Translations under genes and position numbers: made by a program
Part shown: in pieces, positions 39,154-51,100 of the stretch
Layout: every line of letters begins with the position of its first letter
How positions within the stretch are numbered: the first letter of the stretch is position 1
DNA from: Octopus sinensis
Lineage: Eukaryota
Reading direction: 5' to 3'
Assembly (NCBI RefSeq): GCF_006345805.1
Contig: NC_043012.1
Coordinates: 22,878,001 to 22,942,000 of the forward strand
DNA: 64,000 bases
The notes under the pieces: model-generated
The model's database searches: none
What the model was told of the DNA's origin: nothing
The model's input: only the letters and a program-made list of their open reading frames with translations

Positions 39154-41364
39154 ATATATTTGATAGGCGTCCACACATGCTCAGCATACTAAATTCAACG
39201 TTGAGGTATTTGCTCAAGATGTTGAATCTGAAACCCCATGATTGCAAAGCAAGTTTCTTAACCCCTTAGCCAATCCTGTGGTGCCTATGAAAAGAATAAG
39301 TTTACATAAAAAATATTTTGATAGTGTGGATCCTCAGAGAATTAAATATGAAGGGAAGATTTATATAAATTGTTTTGATATTTTATTGAGGTTAAAACAA
39401 TAAAAACTCGAAAATTGAAATGTTGACAAGTTCTCCAACTATTATTTTATTAAAATAGTGGTGAGTCTACACCATCACACATCATAGTGATTCACAGATA
39501 TATATTAAAAGTTATTTATATTCGGGACTCATGTTCGTTAGTGTGCGTATATTTGAACAAGAACAGATTTTTCTCAAAAACACCAGAATTAAAAAGGGAA
39601 TGATTTTTATGCATTTTACATAGACAAACCTTAGCTTAGTTAAAATAACTGTGATATATCTAATATTCTAAAAGCAAATTCACTGCAGCTACCATGGAGA
39701 AGAAATTCTAGCTTATGGTAAAAGGGCTGTAAAAACACCTCTTCTACTCAGTATTTCCAGAGACACTGAGCAGATAAGTGAGAATTTCTACCATAAGTAA
39801 GAATTTCTTCTTCACGGTATTTGCAATGAATTTGCCTTCAGAAGTTAAAATATGTCACAAATATATTTTGACTAACTTAACGTTTATTTCATATATTACA
39901 AATAGATGTAAATCACTAATCTTTCCAGAAGAATGGTACACTTTCTTTGACAAAAGTTTTTGTAGAGTAGACTAGAAAATGGTCAAATAGATTTCACTTT
40001 TTCTGTCTACAAGGAGATAAAAGAATGCAAAGTGGTGTAACCACTTTGTTTACAAGGTTCAGAGAAATTGTATGTTTATGAAGAAAAGGTATAGATTCTA
40101 TTTCAAATTATAGCTGAGTTGATATTTTTTAGGGATCTACAATCTTGATTTGAAAGTCAGTCCTGAGATTATTGACTTCTGATTAGATTAGGGTAGAAAG
40201 AATATATGATATGAAGAAGTAGAGTGGAAGACATTAAAAAAAACCCAGCAACAACAAACAAGCAAAAAATAAAAGGGGAAGAGCAAACGGACTTATTTAG
40301 GTCTTGGCAGAAAGACTTAGAAGTGTAACGAGAGAGAGAGAGAGAGAGAGAGGTGAGAATGCAGATCCATAATTCAAATGTGTGACACAGCAGCGTCATC
40401 CCACAGCAGCCCTGCAACAACAACAACAACAACAGCAACCACCACCACCACTATCACCACCACCACGAGCAGCAGCAGCAGCAGCAAGTCGTCGATGAAT
40501 GAGATAAACCAACACATCACTCATGCATAGGTCCTCTTTTGGCAAGTAGAGTCCTGTAAGAGACTTTAGTAGGCTTTGCGCGGATGTTGAGTGCGCAAGT
40601 GAGTGAGTGAGCGAGCGGCGAGGAAAGGAACGAAGAATGTCGTCATTGGGAAGCATCTGTTTGTAACATATAAGGGGCAAGTTCACTAGTTAACCTTGAT
40701 TTATGAAAGAAAAGCCTGTAGAGATGCTGACTGATGTGAGAGAATGACAACTTTGGGTAGCTGGTGATGACTCACCCCAGCTATTTACAACATTGATTAA
40801 TGATGCTTGTAATTTAAGTTTCCACTGTAATACACAGATGACAAAGATTAGACTCTTTAAGAGCTTCACTGGTAATCAGAGAATTTAAACAGTTCATATA
40901 CTGCCGTTCATTTGCATAATACAGAATTAGAGTCAGCATGTGTGTGTGTGTATGTGTGTGTGTGTGTGTGTGTGTATGTGTGTGTGTGTTTGTGAATTAA
41001 CTGCATTTGCATAACCAATCATATGTTCCTTTCTAGTTATTTCAATTACACACACCTAGGATTACGTACATATGTGTGTGTGTCACTGTGTGTTTATCTA
41101 TACACACACACACAAATATCTGAGTGCATGTATCTGTGTGATTGTGTGTGTGTGTATGCGTGTGCTTGCATGCATATTTATGCATTAGTGTATCTGTATG
41201 TGTGTTCACATACACATACACACACATACATATGAGGAGTATTCCAAAAGTTTTGTGCCTTACTATGATTCCTTAACAAAAATATGGTAAAATATGCATT
41301 TTCTGCTGCTTTCATATTCGTAAGTATGTTCGGCTCAAAACATTGGGAACATAATGGTGATGAT

Positions 41365-41590
41365 GATGATCATCATCATCAATTTAATGTCCATGTTTCC
41401 ATGAGTTGGATGGAATTCATTGAAGCAGATTTCCTATGACCAGATGCCCTTCCTGTCACCAACCTTCACTTATTTCCAAGCACAGGTAATATTTCCCCAT
41501 GACCAGGCTTGTTTTTATGGAAGATTGGAAATAAACAACATAAATTGTACGACAGTGTTGGTCGATCACAATCATCACAGGATATGAAGA
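41365..41590 (-). mobile_element. Short retroelement with an RTE-like (GAT)n tail (family E); second copy at ~50335-50550 on +
   Basis: CCAGATGCCCTTCCTGTCACCAACC...GGTAATATTTCCCCATGACCAG...GAAGATTGGAAA is the reverse complement of TTTCCAATCTTCTG...CTGGTCATGTGGAAATATTGCC at 50384-50430. Confidence 0.65.
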
Positions 41591-41934
41591 CAAGGCTTAA
41601 TGCAAATACACATATTCAGAAGGAGTTACATGTATCATTTAAAACAGTTTGATTCAGTTCGCTATGACATAATGTTGCACAGGCCTCTAACAGAAGTCCA
41701 ACTCTTTCAGTCTTTAGATTACTGTAGTTTATAGCCCCAGGAAGACATCTCCTCCAGCTGGCCAACGACACACTGTCAGTGCCCGATCGGTATATATATT
41801 GCTCTCTCCATGCTGTCGTAGATTGGACATTTGACAGGAACTGGCACATTAGAGGAGTGTGCCTAGGCTCCATTTGTCTGCTTTGGCATGGTTTCTATGG
41901 CTGGAAGCCTTTCCTAATGCCAACCACTTTATAT

Positions 41935-42410
41935 TACTCTCTTTTACTTGTTTCAGTCATTTGACTGCGGTCATGCTGGAGCACCACCTTTAATCGAGCA
42001 ACTCGACCCCGGGACTTATTCTTTTGTAAGCCCAGTTCTTATTCTATCGGTCTCTTGCACACACATGCATACATATATATACATATATATGACGGGCTTC
42101 TTTCAGTTTCCGTCTACCAAATCCACTCACAAGGCTTTGGTCGGCCCAAGGCTATAGTAGAAGACACTTGCCCAAGGTGCCACGCAGTGGGACTGAACCC
42201 GGAACCATGTGGTTGGTAAATAAGCTACTTACCACACAGCCACTTCTATAGGCTTTTTTTGGTTTCTTTGAGTTTTGGTCTGCCAAATCCATTCACAAGC
42301 CTTTAGTCAGCCTGGGGTTATAACAGAAGACACTTGCCTAAGGTGCTGCACAGGGGGACTGAAAGGACGTGGTTGTCTAACAAATTTCTTAATCACTCAG
42401 CCATGGCTGT
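41935..42410 (-). mobile_element. Family-A SINE with an internal deletion (41935-42245) plus an extra 5' half (42245-42410)
   Basis: Motifs as in 38305-38706; the second TGCCAAATCCATTCACAAG...AAGACACTTGCCTAAGG block follows directly. Confidence 0.8.
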
Positions 42411-43034
42411 GCTGAAGTCTTACTAATTTGAGGAATTTCATTGCCATTTCTAACAAGTTGTGTGGCTGTGTTTATAGCTTAGTGTATCTTGAAGGAACGA
42501 TGGAAAGTGTAAAATGTTACACAAACTTGTTCACTTTGAATAACCAGAATTTAGTAATTAAAAGGAAAAAAAACTAGAAGACATCATTCATTGAACAAAG
42601 CATTTTCATTAGTTTAACAATTGTAATATTACATTTTGATCTAAACTTCAATCACACAAAGGAATATAACCCTAAGTTATTGTTGACTATGAATACAAAC
42701 AGCAGGGATGCTTGTTGAAACGATGTGCTATTTAAAACTGACAAGTTAACAGATCTCTCCAAACCAGTAAACAGGTCCTGTTGACATATCTTGCAGCTTA
42801 AACAACAAACCAGCCATCTTGGGACGAAGTCCTTTTGTAAAGATCTGAATTTTAGAACAATAACGGACAGGCAAAATTTAGCTCAGTCTTTAATGGTACA
42901 TTTCTCTTTAATTTTAATGTCGGCACCTCTTTCTGTTATTACCAAACTACCAGTGCCTGACTGCATTCTATATTTGGAAAAAGACACTGGATAGCAGAAA
43001 ATATGTGATATAAATGTTAAATGCAACAAAATGC

Positions 43035-43480
43035 ACTGTTGGACGTTTTGACTGAGGACTGGTGAGCCAGATGGCTGCACCAGGCTCAATCTGATCTGGC
43101 AAAGTTTCTACAGCTGGATGCCCTTCCTAACACCAACCACCCCGAGAGTGTAGTGAATGCTTTTACGTGCCACCAGCACAAGGGCCAGTCAGGCAGTTCT
43201 GGCAAAGACCATGCTCAAAAGGTGTTTTTATGTGCTAACTGCACGGGAGGCAGACTGGCGGCACTGGCAACGACCATACTTGAATGTTGTTTATCACATG
43301 CCACTGGCACATGACCATAGCAGTGCAGTCGTCTCTCTTGCACACTACATCTGATGCTTCTTAAATCCAACTTTTCTCTCAGGGCGCTTACTCTCTGTTG
43401 TGTATGCACACTAACATTACACATCATTATGATGATGATGATGATGATGATGATGATTATCCTCCTCCTCCTCCTCACCA
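43035..43480 (-). mobile_element. RTE 3' UTR fragment joined to an RTE ORF fragment
   Basis: CTACAGCTGGATGCCCTTCCTAACACCAACC plus three internal units; 43320-43430 translates on minus as VSALREKLDLRSIRCSVQERRLHCYGHV, as in the LINE at 8115-9420. Confidence 0.7.
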
Positions 43481-45307
43481 TTATCATTATCATGACTATT
43501 ATCAGTTGGCAACCAGTGTTAATTTGTTTACATCCCCATAACTTAGCAGGTCAGCAAAATCAACTGATAGAATAAGCAGCAGACTTGAAAAAGTTAGTAA
43601 TGTGAGTAATGTGAGTGTCCAAGGAAACCCATCAAAGCAGTGCCCCAGCCTGGCTGCAGTTCAATGACTGAAACAAGTAAAAGATAAATGGTAAGGACAT
43701 GACAGTAATCTGGTGCTGGTGGTGCCAGGATAAAATGGTCCTTTCTACACTTTGTGAAATGGTTGGGGTTAGGGTAACCAGCTTTAACAACCAAGCCAAA
43801 CGTAAAATGTACAAGTGTAACATATGGGGTCTTCTGACTCACCCGGGAGGACAGTGATCCTAAATTACAGAACTGATGTGGAGCATGATGAGCCATCTAA
43901 CCCATGCTAGCGTGGAATGCAAATGTAAATAATAATGATGATGATTGTGGTTCTGATGGTGATGGTGATGATGATCATGATGACAATGATGGTGATGATG
44001 ACCATGGTGATTTTGCTCCAAGTTTAAGTTAAGAAGCAGAGACTAGTCCCCACATGAACAGAACTGAATGTAGCGGGAAGCTATTATGATAAACAGAATT
44101 AAAGAGAAGTAATACAATAGACTCTAAATGTATGTTAAATCATGAGGGTAGCAATAATGAAGAGAATAAGCATAATAGCACAACAAAGATGTATCAGCAG
44201 TTAATTTTAGAGAACAGAGTACCATTAGCAAATAACAAACACTAATTACGGAGTTCATAACATATTCACACCTGTTATCGTTGCAATCTTCAGATTAATA
44301 GTATCTGCTAGTAAGAAATTATATAAGAAATGTGAAGAATGTATGTCATAAACAAGAACTGGACATCAAAGTGATTTCCTGTAATGTTTGGCAACTGTTA
44401 TAAATAAAATGGAATTTACTATGAAAGAACTGAGCATTCTTTTCCCTGCTTCCTACTTTTAATACCTAAACAATAAATCTGTGCTAATATCAAATGGAGC
44501 TGATGCAGTAGAAGTAGTAGTAGTAGTAGTAGTAATAATAACAATAATGGTTTCAGTTGACAGTAGTGTAGTGTAGTGTAAGAATCTCTTTTTGATTTTG
44601 ATCAAATAGAAGTGACGACAACAGACCAACCATAATCCTTATCAATGGAATAACCATTGCTGTTTAGCTGTTTGTAATTGCATGTATGTTGTTGTAGAAA
44701 AGAGATAATTACTGAAGCTGCAAACGAGACGGAGTGAGTTCAAGAAAATTTCTTAAAAACATCAAGGATAATATGAAAAAGGACATCCATGACGTTTTGT
44801 TGATTATTAAAAGGTCTTTAAGTACAATATCATTTTCAGTTTAGTTATATAAACAATCAATAACATTTTTTTAAAAAATGTATGCAGAAATTATTATAAA
44901 TGATGGAGATAAAAATCCTTAAGATTGAGAATGATTTAACAAAAAGATTAAAGGAAAGGATGCAAAATTGAAAAAAAAAACAAAATCCACACCTATTTGT
45001 GTCTAAACTTTATCTTTAATTTGTATTTCTGGTAATTTGAAGAAAATGTCTTTGTAATGGCTGGTAATTAACATAGATAAAGAATAATTATGAATGAAAG
45101 TTTAAAAAACATTAAAAATTTATATATGTGTGTGTTTGTGTGTGTATACATATATGTGTGTACATATATAGATAAAAAGATCAATGTGTGCGTGTGCATG
45201 TATATATATATATATATATATCAATTAAATATATATATATATCAATTATATACATATATTTACATATCATGTGTATGTATGTATGTATTTATATCACTGT
45301 TATATAA

Positions 45308-45950
45308 ATCCGTTACAAGAAGATCAAGAAACTTCCTGAGAAAAATGAAAAGTGGAACGGCTATTGGGAGGTAACTGCAGATTTACCTGGGTGCCAGGTT
45401 TTCTTTCCCATCCCAGTTACGAAAAAACCAGATATTTTGATGTGGTGTGAAAGAAAGAAAGTTGTAAATATAGTCGAGCTAACGGTTCCTCATGAAGATA
45501 ATATGGACGCCGCACGGGCTCGAAAATTGAACCGTTATGAAAACCTCCTCGACGAATGTGAAGATGCAGGCTGGAAAGCGGAACATTTTCCTATCGAAGT
45601 TGGATGTAGAGGGTTTGTTGGACACAGCGTGAGACGACTGTTGTTATCGCTAGGCCTAACTCATCGTAAAGTCAATACCACCATGACTGATATCCAATCT
45701 ACAGTGGAGAAGGCTAGCCACTGGATTTGGTTAAAAAGAGACGATGAGCGGTGGCTAGAAGTATATTGAGTTCTTCATAACCAGCTGATCTAGCAAGCGG
45801 GTCCTCATATCAGTGAGGCGGGGGCGGTGCGCATTGTTGCCGTCGAGAGGTAGGCCCCGAAATGGTGCGCATTCTCTCCTAATGACCCCATACACTTGCT
45901 AGCTTCCGGCATACGGAGCTTTTAACTGGAAGCACTTGCATGTGCAAGTT
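45308..45950 (+). mobile_element. 5'-truncated HERO-like RLE non-LTR retrotransposon: uninterrupted endonuclease frame (45308-45769) plus structured 3' UTR
   Basis: 153-codon open frame IRYKK...WEVTADLPG...KKPDILMWCERKKVVNIVELTVPHEDNMDAARARKLNRY...FPIEVGCRGF...EKASHWIWLKR. PD..ELTVP..K..RY and PIEVGCRGF are characteristic of the C-terminal restriction-like endonuclease of HERO-type elements (clade assignment from memory). CpG-rich, so young. Confidence 0.85.
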
Positions 45951-45964
45951 GTTTGCAAGACATT

Positions 45965-48790
45965 ATTGGTCAATGTCATGGGTGGCATGGTTTGAAAGGA
46001 AGTGGTGGGCCAGAGAATTGTGCCAAGCTCTACAGTCTGCTTTCGCATGGCTTCTATGTCTGGATGCCTCTTTCAAATGCCAACCATTTTACAGAGTGTA
46101 ATGGGGGGTGCATTTTATGTGGTACCAGCAACAGTGAGGTAACAGCAGGATAGCAATGATCCAGTTGACAGGAGGAGGTCAGAAGAGAGAGAGAGAGAGA
46201 AATGACAATGTGGTGGTGGGCTGCAGGAGCAGGAGGGAGGGAGAGAGACAAATTAGTGAATGATGAGATGGAGTTTGGTTCATTGAGGAGGAGTGAATTA
46301 ATGCAAAGTGTGGGTGGAGAGCACATGATACACAGCACTTACAAACTCAATTTTGCTGAGGTGGGCAAGCCTTCTCAAGAACCTCATCATGCAAGACAGC
46401 TCAGTCTATTGTCATCCCCTCTATCTTGAGATCAAACCTCACTACTTCATCTCCTGTCATCCTGGGTCTCCCTCTTCCGTTGGTTTCATCAACTTTAAGC
46501 AACCAACACCTCTTTATACAGTTGCCCTCATCCATATGCATCACATGACCAAACCATCACTTCTGCATGCTGCATCTGATTCCTTTTATGTCCAGCTTTT
46601 CTCTCAACACATTTGCACTTTCTCATTGGAGCATACTAGCTTCATTCCTCTCCAGTCTTTGCCTGTCTTCTGCATTCAGGATCCATATCTCATTACCATG
46701 GAGTATAACTGTTTGTATATGAGCATATTATGATTTACTTTTCACTCAGAGAGAGAGAGAGAGAGAGACTCCTTTTATTACCTCTCAACGTCTTCCATCC
46801 TATTCTTATTCTAGCAACTGTACTTTCAGAACATCCTTCTCTATTGCTTATTTGGTTGCCTAGCTAGCAATAATTACCTACTCCCTTAACCCTTTCGTTA
46901 CCAACCTGGCTGAAACCGGCTCTGGCTCTTTAGTACAAATGTCTGGTTTTCAAAAGTTCTGAATTAAAACCTTCCACCAAACCTTAGTCACAATTTATGT
47001 CCCTAACTCTAGCTTAATGATAACGATGTTATTTTACTTAATTCTTTGTTATATTTAACATAATTGGAAGAAACACTGAGCATCTCAAAATAAATTCAGT
47101 AATGAAAGGGTTAAGGGAGCCTCTTGGGTATTTCAGAAAATCTAATCCCTGTGCATCCACAGTGTTTATTGTTCTTTGAATCTTTCACATACAATGACTG
47201 CTTCTCTCTGTTAACCTACCTACCTGAGATAACAGCTCACTTTATGTACACACAGCTTTGCTGGGCTCATCAAATGGAACTCCTTCCTACACCTTACCTA
47301 CATATTGAGCAGGGCAGTTTACCTGATGAAAAAGAGAGTCTTACCTGCATTTTTGCTAACTTCAACTTTGATCTCTGCAAGGTTTAATTTAAGGCCCATT
47401 TGATTCCAGGTTTTACTTACATGCCTAGAATTTGGTTTCCAACTCTGTGACAGATTTCACTATAAGAATGGGATCATCAGCATATGAAAGTTCCCACAGG
47501 CAGCCAGTCTTAATTCCTCTGTTATGGCTTGGAGGACTAAGATGAATAGGAGGGGATTTGAGAACTGAACCTTGGTGAATTCTTACTTGTACACTAGATT
47601 CATCACAATACTCATAGCAGACCCTCACTCTATTAACAGCACCCATGTGCATGGCTTGTACAGCGCTAAACACAAACTCTTCATCTACTCCTAACATCCT
47701 TAGAGACCACGGAGCAAGACACTCCATTGAAGGCTTTATCCAGGTTGATGAATGCTCAGTATAACAGTTTACTTTCGACCAGAGATTTCTCCTGCAACTG
47801 TTGCACAAGGAAGATGGCTTCTATAGTACTCCTCCTTGGTACAAAATCAGACAGCATCTTATCTAGCCTTAATTCTGTTCCTAATCATCTGGGCTGTAAT
47901 TCTCTTTGTAACCTTCTTGACCTGGTCCAACAGTTTGATACCGTTATAATGGTTCCTGTCTAAGTTATCTCCTTTACTCTTGTAGGAGCTCACTATAAGG
48001 CTGCTACACCAGTCATCAGGGACGATCCCTGTACCACTTGCATGACTGTATGGGTGACTAAGCCATATCCTACTCCACCAGATATTTTGAGCATCTCGGC
48101 AGTGATTCCTGATGGTTCAGAAGCTTTCCTTATTTTCATTACCTTAATTGCTTTATCTATCATACTGCTGCCCACTCTAATGGATGGTCTCTTATTTTGG
48201 TTCATATTAGGAAGAATCTCCTCCTAGGCATTCTCCACTTTTACCAATCTGTCATTGTGGCTCTTCTATGGTTCTTTCTTCCTAGTATAACTAAGAGCAA
48301 GCATACCATTATCCATTCACACACATTTCTCACCACAACATCTCTATTCCCTCTGATACACTGTTTTGCAATTCAGAACACCTCACATCTCTGATCTTCA
48401 CACAGTAGAACATTAACAAATCTCCTTCTTTCTGCTTTTCCTTTCACTATGTAAGCCTGTTACCTAACTTCCACCCTAGCCATCTGATATGATTGTTTGC
48501 AACCACCATTTTTCCAGTCTTTCCAAGCCTATCTCTTTGCTTTTATGGTATCATTTACCTCCTTGTTCCACCACCATGTTACTTTAAGACTGACCAGAAC
48601 TTTGTGCCAACGACAGATTAGGTCTGTAGACCTTAGTATGTTGTCCCATAGGAAATTCTAGTTCATCCTCTTTGTTGTATGCATCCAATTCTTCTTTTTC
48701 CTTCTCATCAAATGCTTTAATTAGAATATCGCTAAATTTCTACTGGTTTGCTGGGTTTTGAGCTTCCATACCCTCCTTTTCCAGACTGAT
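45965..48790 (-). mobile_element. ~2.6-kb degraded RTE LINE (RT, C-terminus, 3' UTR), interrupted by a TTAA MITE
   Basis: Minus-strand remnants KVTWWWNKEV (~48570), IHQGSVL and WELSYADDPILIV (ORF 47425-47808), a PCSICR-type Cys motif (~47310) and YLGNQIS (~46860); 3' UTR motif at 46050-46130. Confidence 0.85.
46890..47110. mobile_element. 221-bp piggyBac-type MITE
   Basis: TTAA|CCCTTTCGTTAC ... GTAATGAAAGGG|TTAA: 12-bp TIR with one mismatch, CCC...GGG termini and TTAA TSD, the piggyBac-superfamily signature. Confidence 0.85.
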
Positions 48791-49863
48791 TTGTTTCTCT
48801 GGGTCCTCCAAGCTTTAATTCTGTGGTTACTACCTCCTATCCTATGTTGGGTTGTATATTCTTCACCTGGAAGAGACTGCATTTACAAACATCTGTCTAT
48901 CTTGTTGTCTGAGGAAGACGTAAGCAATTTGGTTTGTGTACCCACCAGACTGATCGATGATCAGACAGCAGGTTGATTTTCTGAAGTTAGAGTCACAAGC
49001 CAACAAACATACATGTATACTAATATTTATATATACATATATACATATTTGCTCGACTAAAGGCGGTGCTCCAGCATGGCCGCAGTCAAATGACTGAAAC
49101 AATAAAAGAGTAAAAGAGTATATATAAATTACACATCCGCACACACACACAAACACAGATTATATAAACACACATGTATATATTTATATATGTGTGTATA
49201 TGTATGTGTGCTTACATGCAGATGTACATACAAGCACTGCATGGAGATGTAAATATATCAAGCCAGTGAGCATTAGCAGAAACAAAATTGATACCTAAAA
49301 GCAAAGCCATTCACAAGGCAAAAATTATTGATCAATTCCATGCCAGAATTTAATGTATACAATATAAACAGCCTATCCAAAACTATTCCTCCAGGATCAC
49401 TACGATGGTAACAATATCATGGCTGGGCAAGCAACTGGGAAAAAAATAAGCTTGGAGATGCGCTGAGAAACTTTTAATTGACAAAACTGAGATGCCACAG
49501 GTGCAGCAGTATATGAGGAACTGGGATTAAGAAGCATTCAATTCTGTTCTCCATTCTTGAACAGTAGAAGCTCTTCAACTTGCTAGATTTCCCCAAAACA
49601 TAATCAGAACCAAAGACAATTTGGTTTCATTCAATGTAGCCATACTGAAGTTAAACAGAGGAAGTGATTATAGTGTTAATGATAGGAGAGTCAGTGGCTG
49701 TGTGGTTAAGCAGTTTGCTTTCCAACCACATGGTTTTGAGTTCAGTCCTACTGGCATCCTAAGCAAGTGACTTCTACTATAGCCCTAGGTTGACCAAGCT
49801 TTGTGAATGGATTTGGTGAACAAAGCTGAACAACGCTTGTCATACATACATACATACATACAT

Positions 49864-49934
<71 letters not shown>

Positions 49935-49939
49935 TATGC

Positions 49940-50115
49940 ATCTGTAAAATAATATGTGACAATTATTCAATAGCCACGATAAAACTCTGAGTTTTGGATG
50001 CCGAGGTGGAAATCCACAACACCATCTCTTCAGTTATCTGGCTATCTCTATTTCCTCTATTTACATAATATTGAGGTCTCTTTCTTTCTTTTGTTATCTT
50101 ACCGTTTTTACCAAT
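49940..50115. mobile_element. Second copy of the hairpin element, spacer inverted and second arm deleted
   Basis: Arm 49940-49991; spacer 49992-50045 is the reverse complement of 27279-27334; only CTC of the second arm remains; same tail at 50051-50115. Confidence 0.85.
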
Positions 50116-50128
50116 ATATATATATATA

Positions 50129-50313
50129 AAGTTAATCCAAACATGAAAACACAAAGAGAAAACACAACAACGCGACGATGTGGAACAAGTATTGTGTTAT
50201 TGGGCGCTCAGGAAAAAGAAGGAAGATTTAATGTTTCAAGCCGAGCTCTTCATCAGAAACATAGAAAAAGGAAAGATCCAAGGAAGGGACGACGGCGGAA
50301 AAAAATCACCGTG
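50129..50313 (-). mobile_element. Penelope-like terminal repeat fragment containing a degenerate minimal hammerhead core
   Basis: Minus strand GTTT-CTGATGA-A-GAGC-TCG-GCTT-GAA-ACAT-T-AAAT (50260 to 50226), followed by a pyrimidine-rich tail ending at (TA)n. Minimal hammerheads are an established feature of Penelope-like termini. Confidence 0.6.
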
Positions 50314-50569
50314 TGTGTGTTAGTATCCTTACCATGACGTGATAGTTGCAAGAAAGTTTCACTGCCATGTAAATCTAGTTGGTTTCCAATCTTCTGGGAA
50401 AACAAGACTGGTCATGTGGAAATATTGCCTTATTGAGAAACAGGTAAGGGTTGGTGAAAAGAAGGCCATTTGGCCAGAGTAACTTTGCCTCAACAAATCC
50501 TCTCTGGCCTTTTTGGCCATGGAAAAGTGGACGTTAAAATGATTATAATGAAGACAGTATCCCCAGGAT

Positions 50570-51100
50570 AATTATCCCTGGAATAATGCTAATGCTTTTA
50601 GTAAACCCATTGTCCTTTCTGTGAAGGAAATCTGAAGATTTTGCAATTGGTTCACTTGAACACAGAAACACCAGTCTATTATGTAACTTTCTTATAGATG
50701 ACTTGAAAGTCTATAGCAAATATATGAATGGACTGAAGAAAATCCCTGACCAAGTTAGTATGTTCTCAAAAGATAAGTTTGGCCAAGACAATTGTTCTGA
50801 ACAGGATTGTTTGCACCATTTGTCCTGGGGACCCTACAAGTCAGTGTGACAACTGTTAATACAAGACTATTTCGCTAATAATTGATAAGGAGTGCAACAG
50901 GAAGTGAAGACAGCACAAAAATATACCTTACCAAAGAAATGGTAAAAAGGAATGCAGAACTAGGGGAGTAAGGGTCAAATCTGCTTACAAATCCAACAAA
51001 ATGTAATAGCTACATTTACATTATAATTCTAGTTTCCAAAAGGATTGGGAAATTTACATAAAGAATTAAGCACAACAAGAATCTAAGAGTTAATATGTTA
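50570..51100 (+). mobile_element. Degraded R4/Dong-like RT fragment
   Basis: Frame from 50583: LLVNPLSFL*RKSEDFAIG...NFLIDDLKVYSK...FSKDKFGQDNC, matching the NPLSFLL / HLxY(M/V)DDLKxY / FSxDIxMxFGxDKC pattern of R4-clade RT. Confidence 0.7.
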
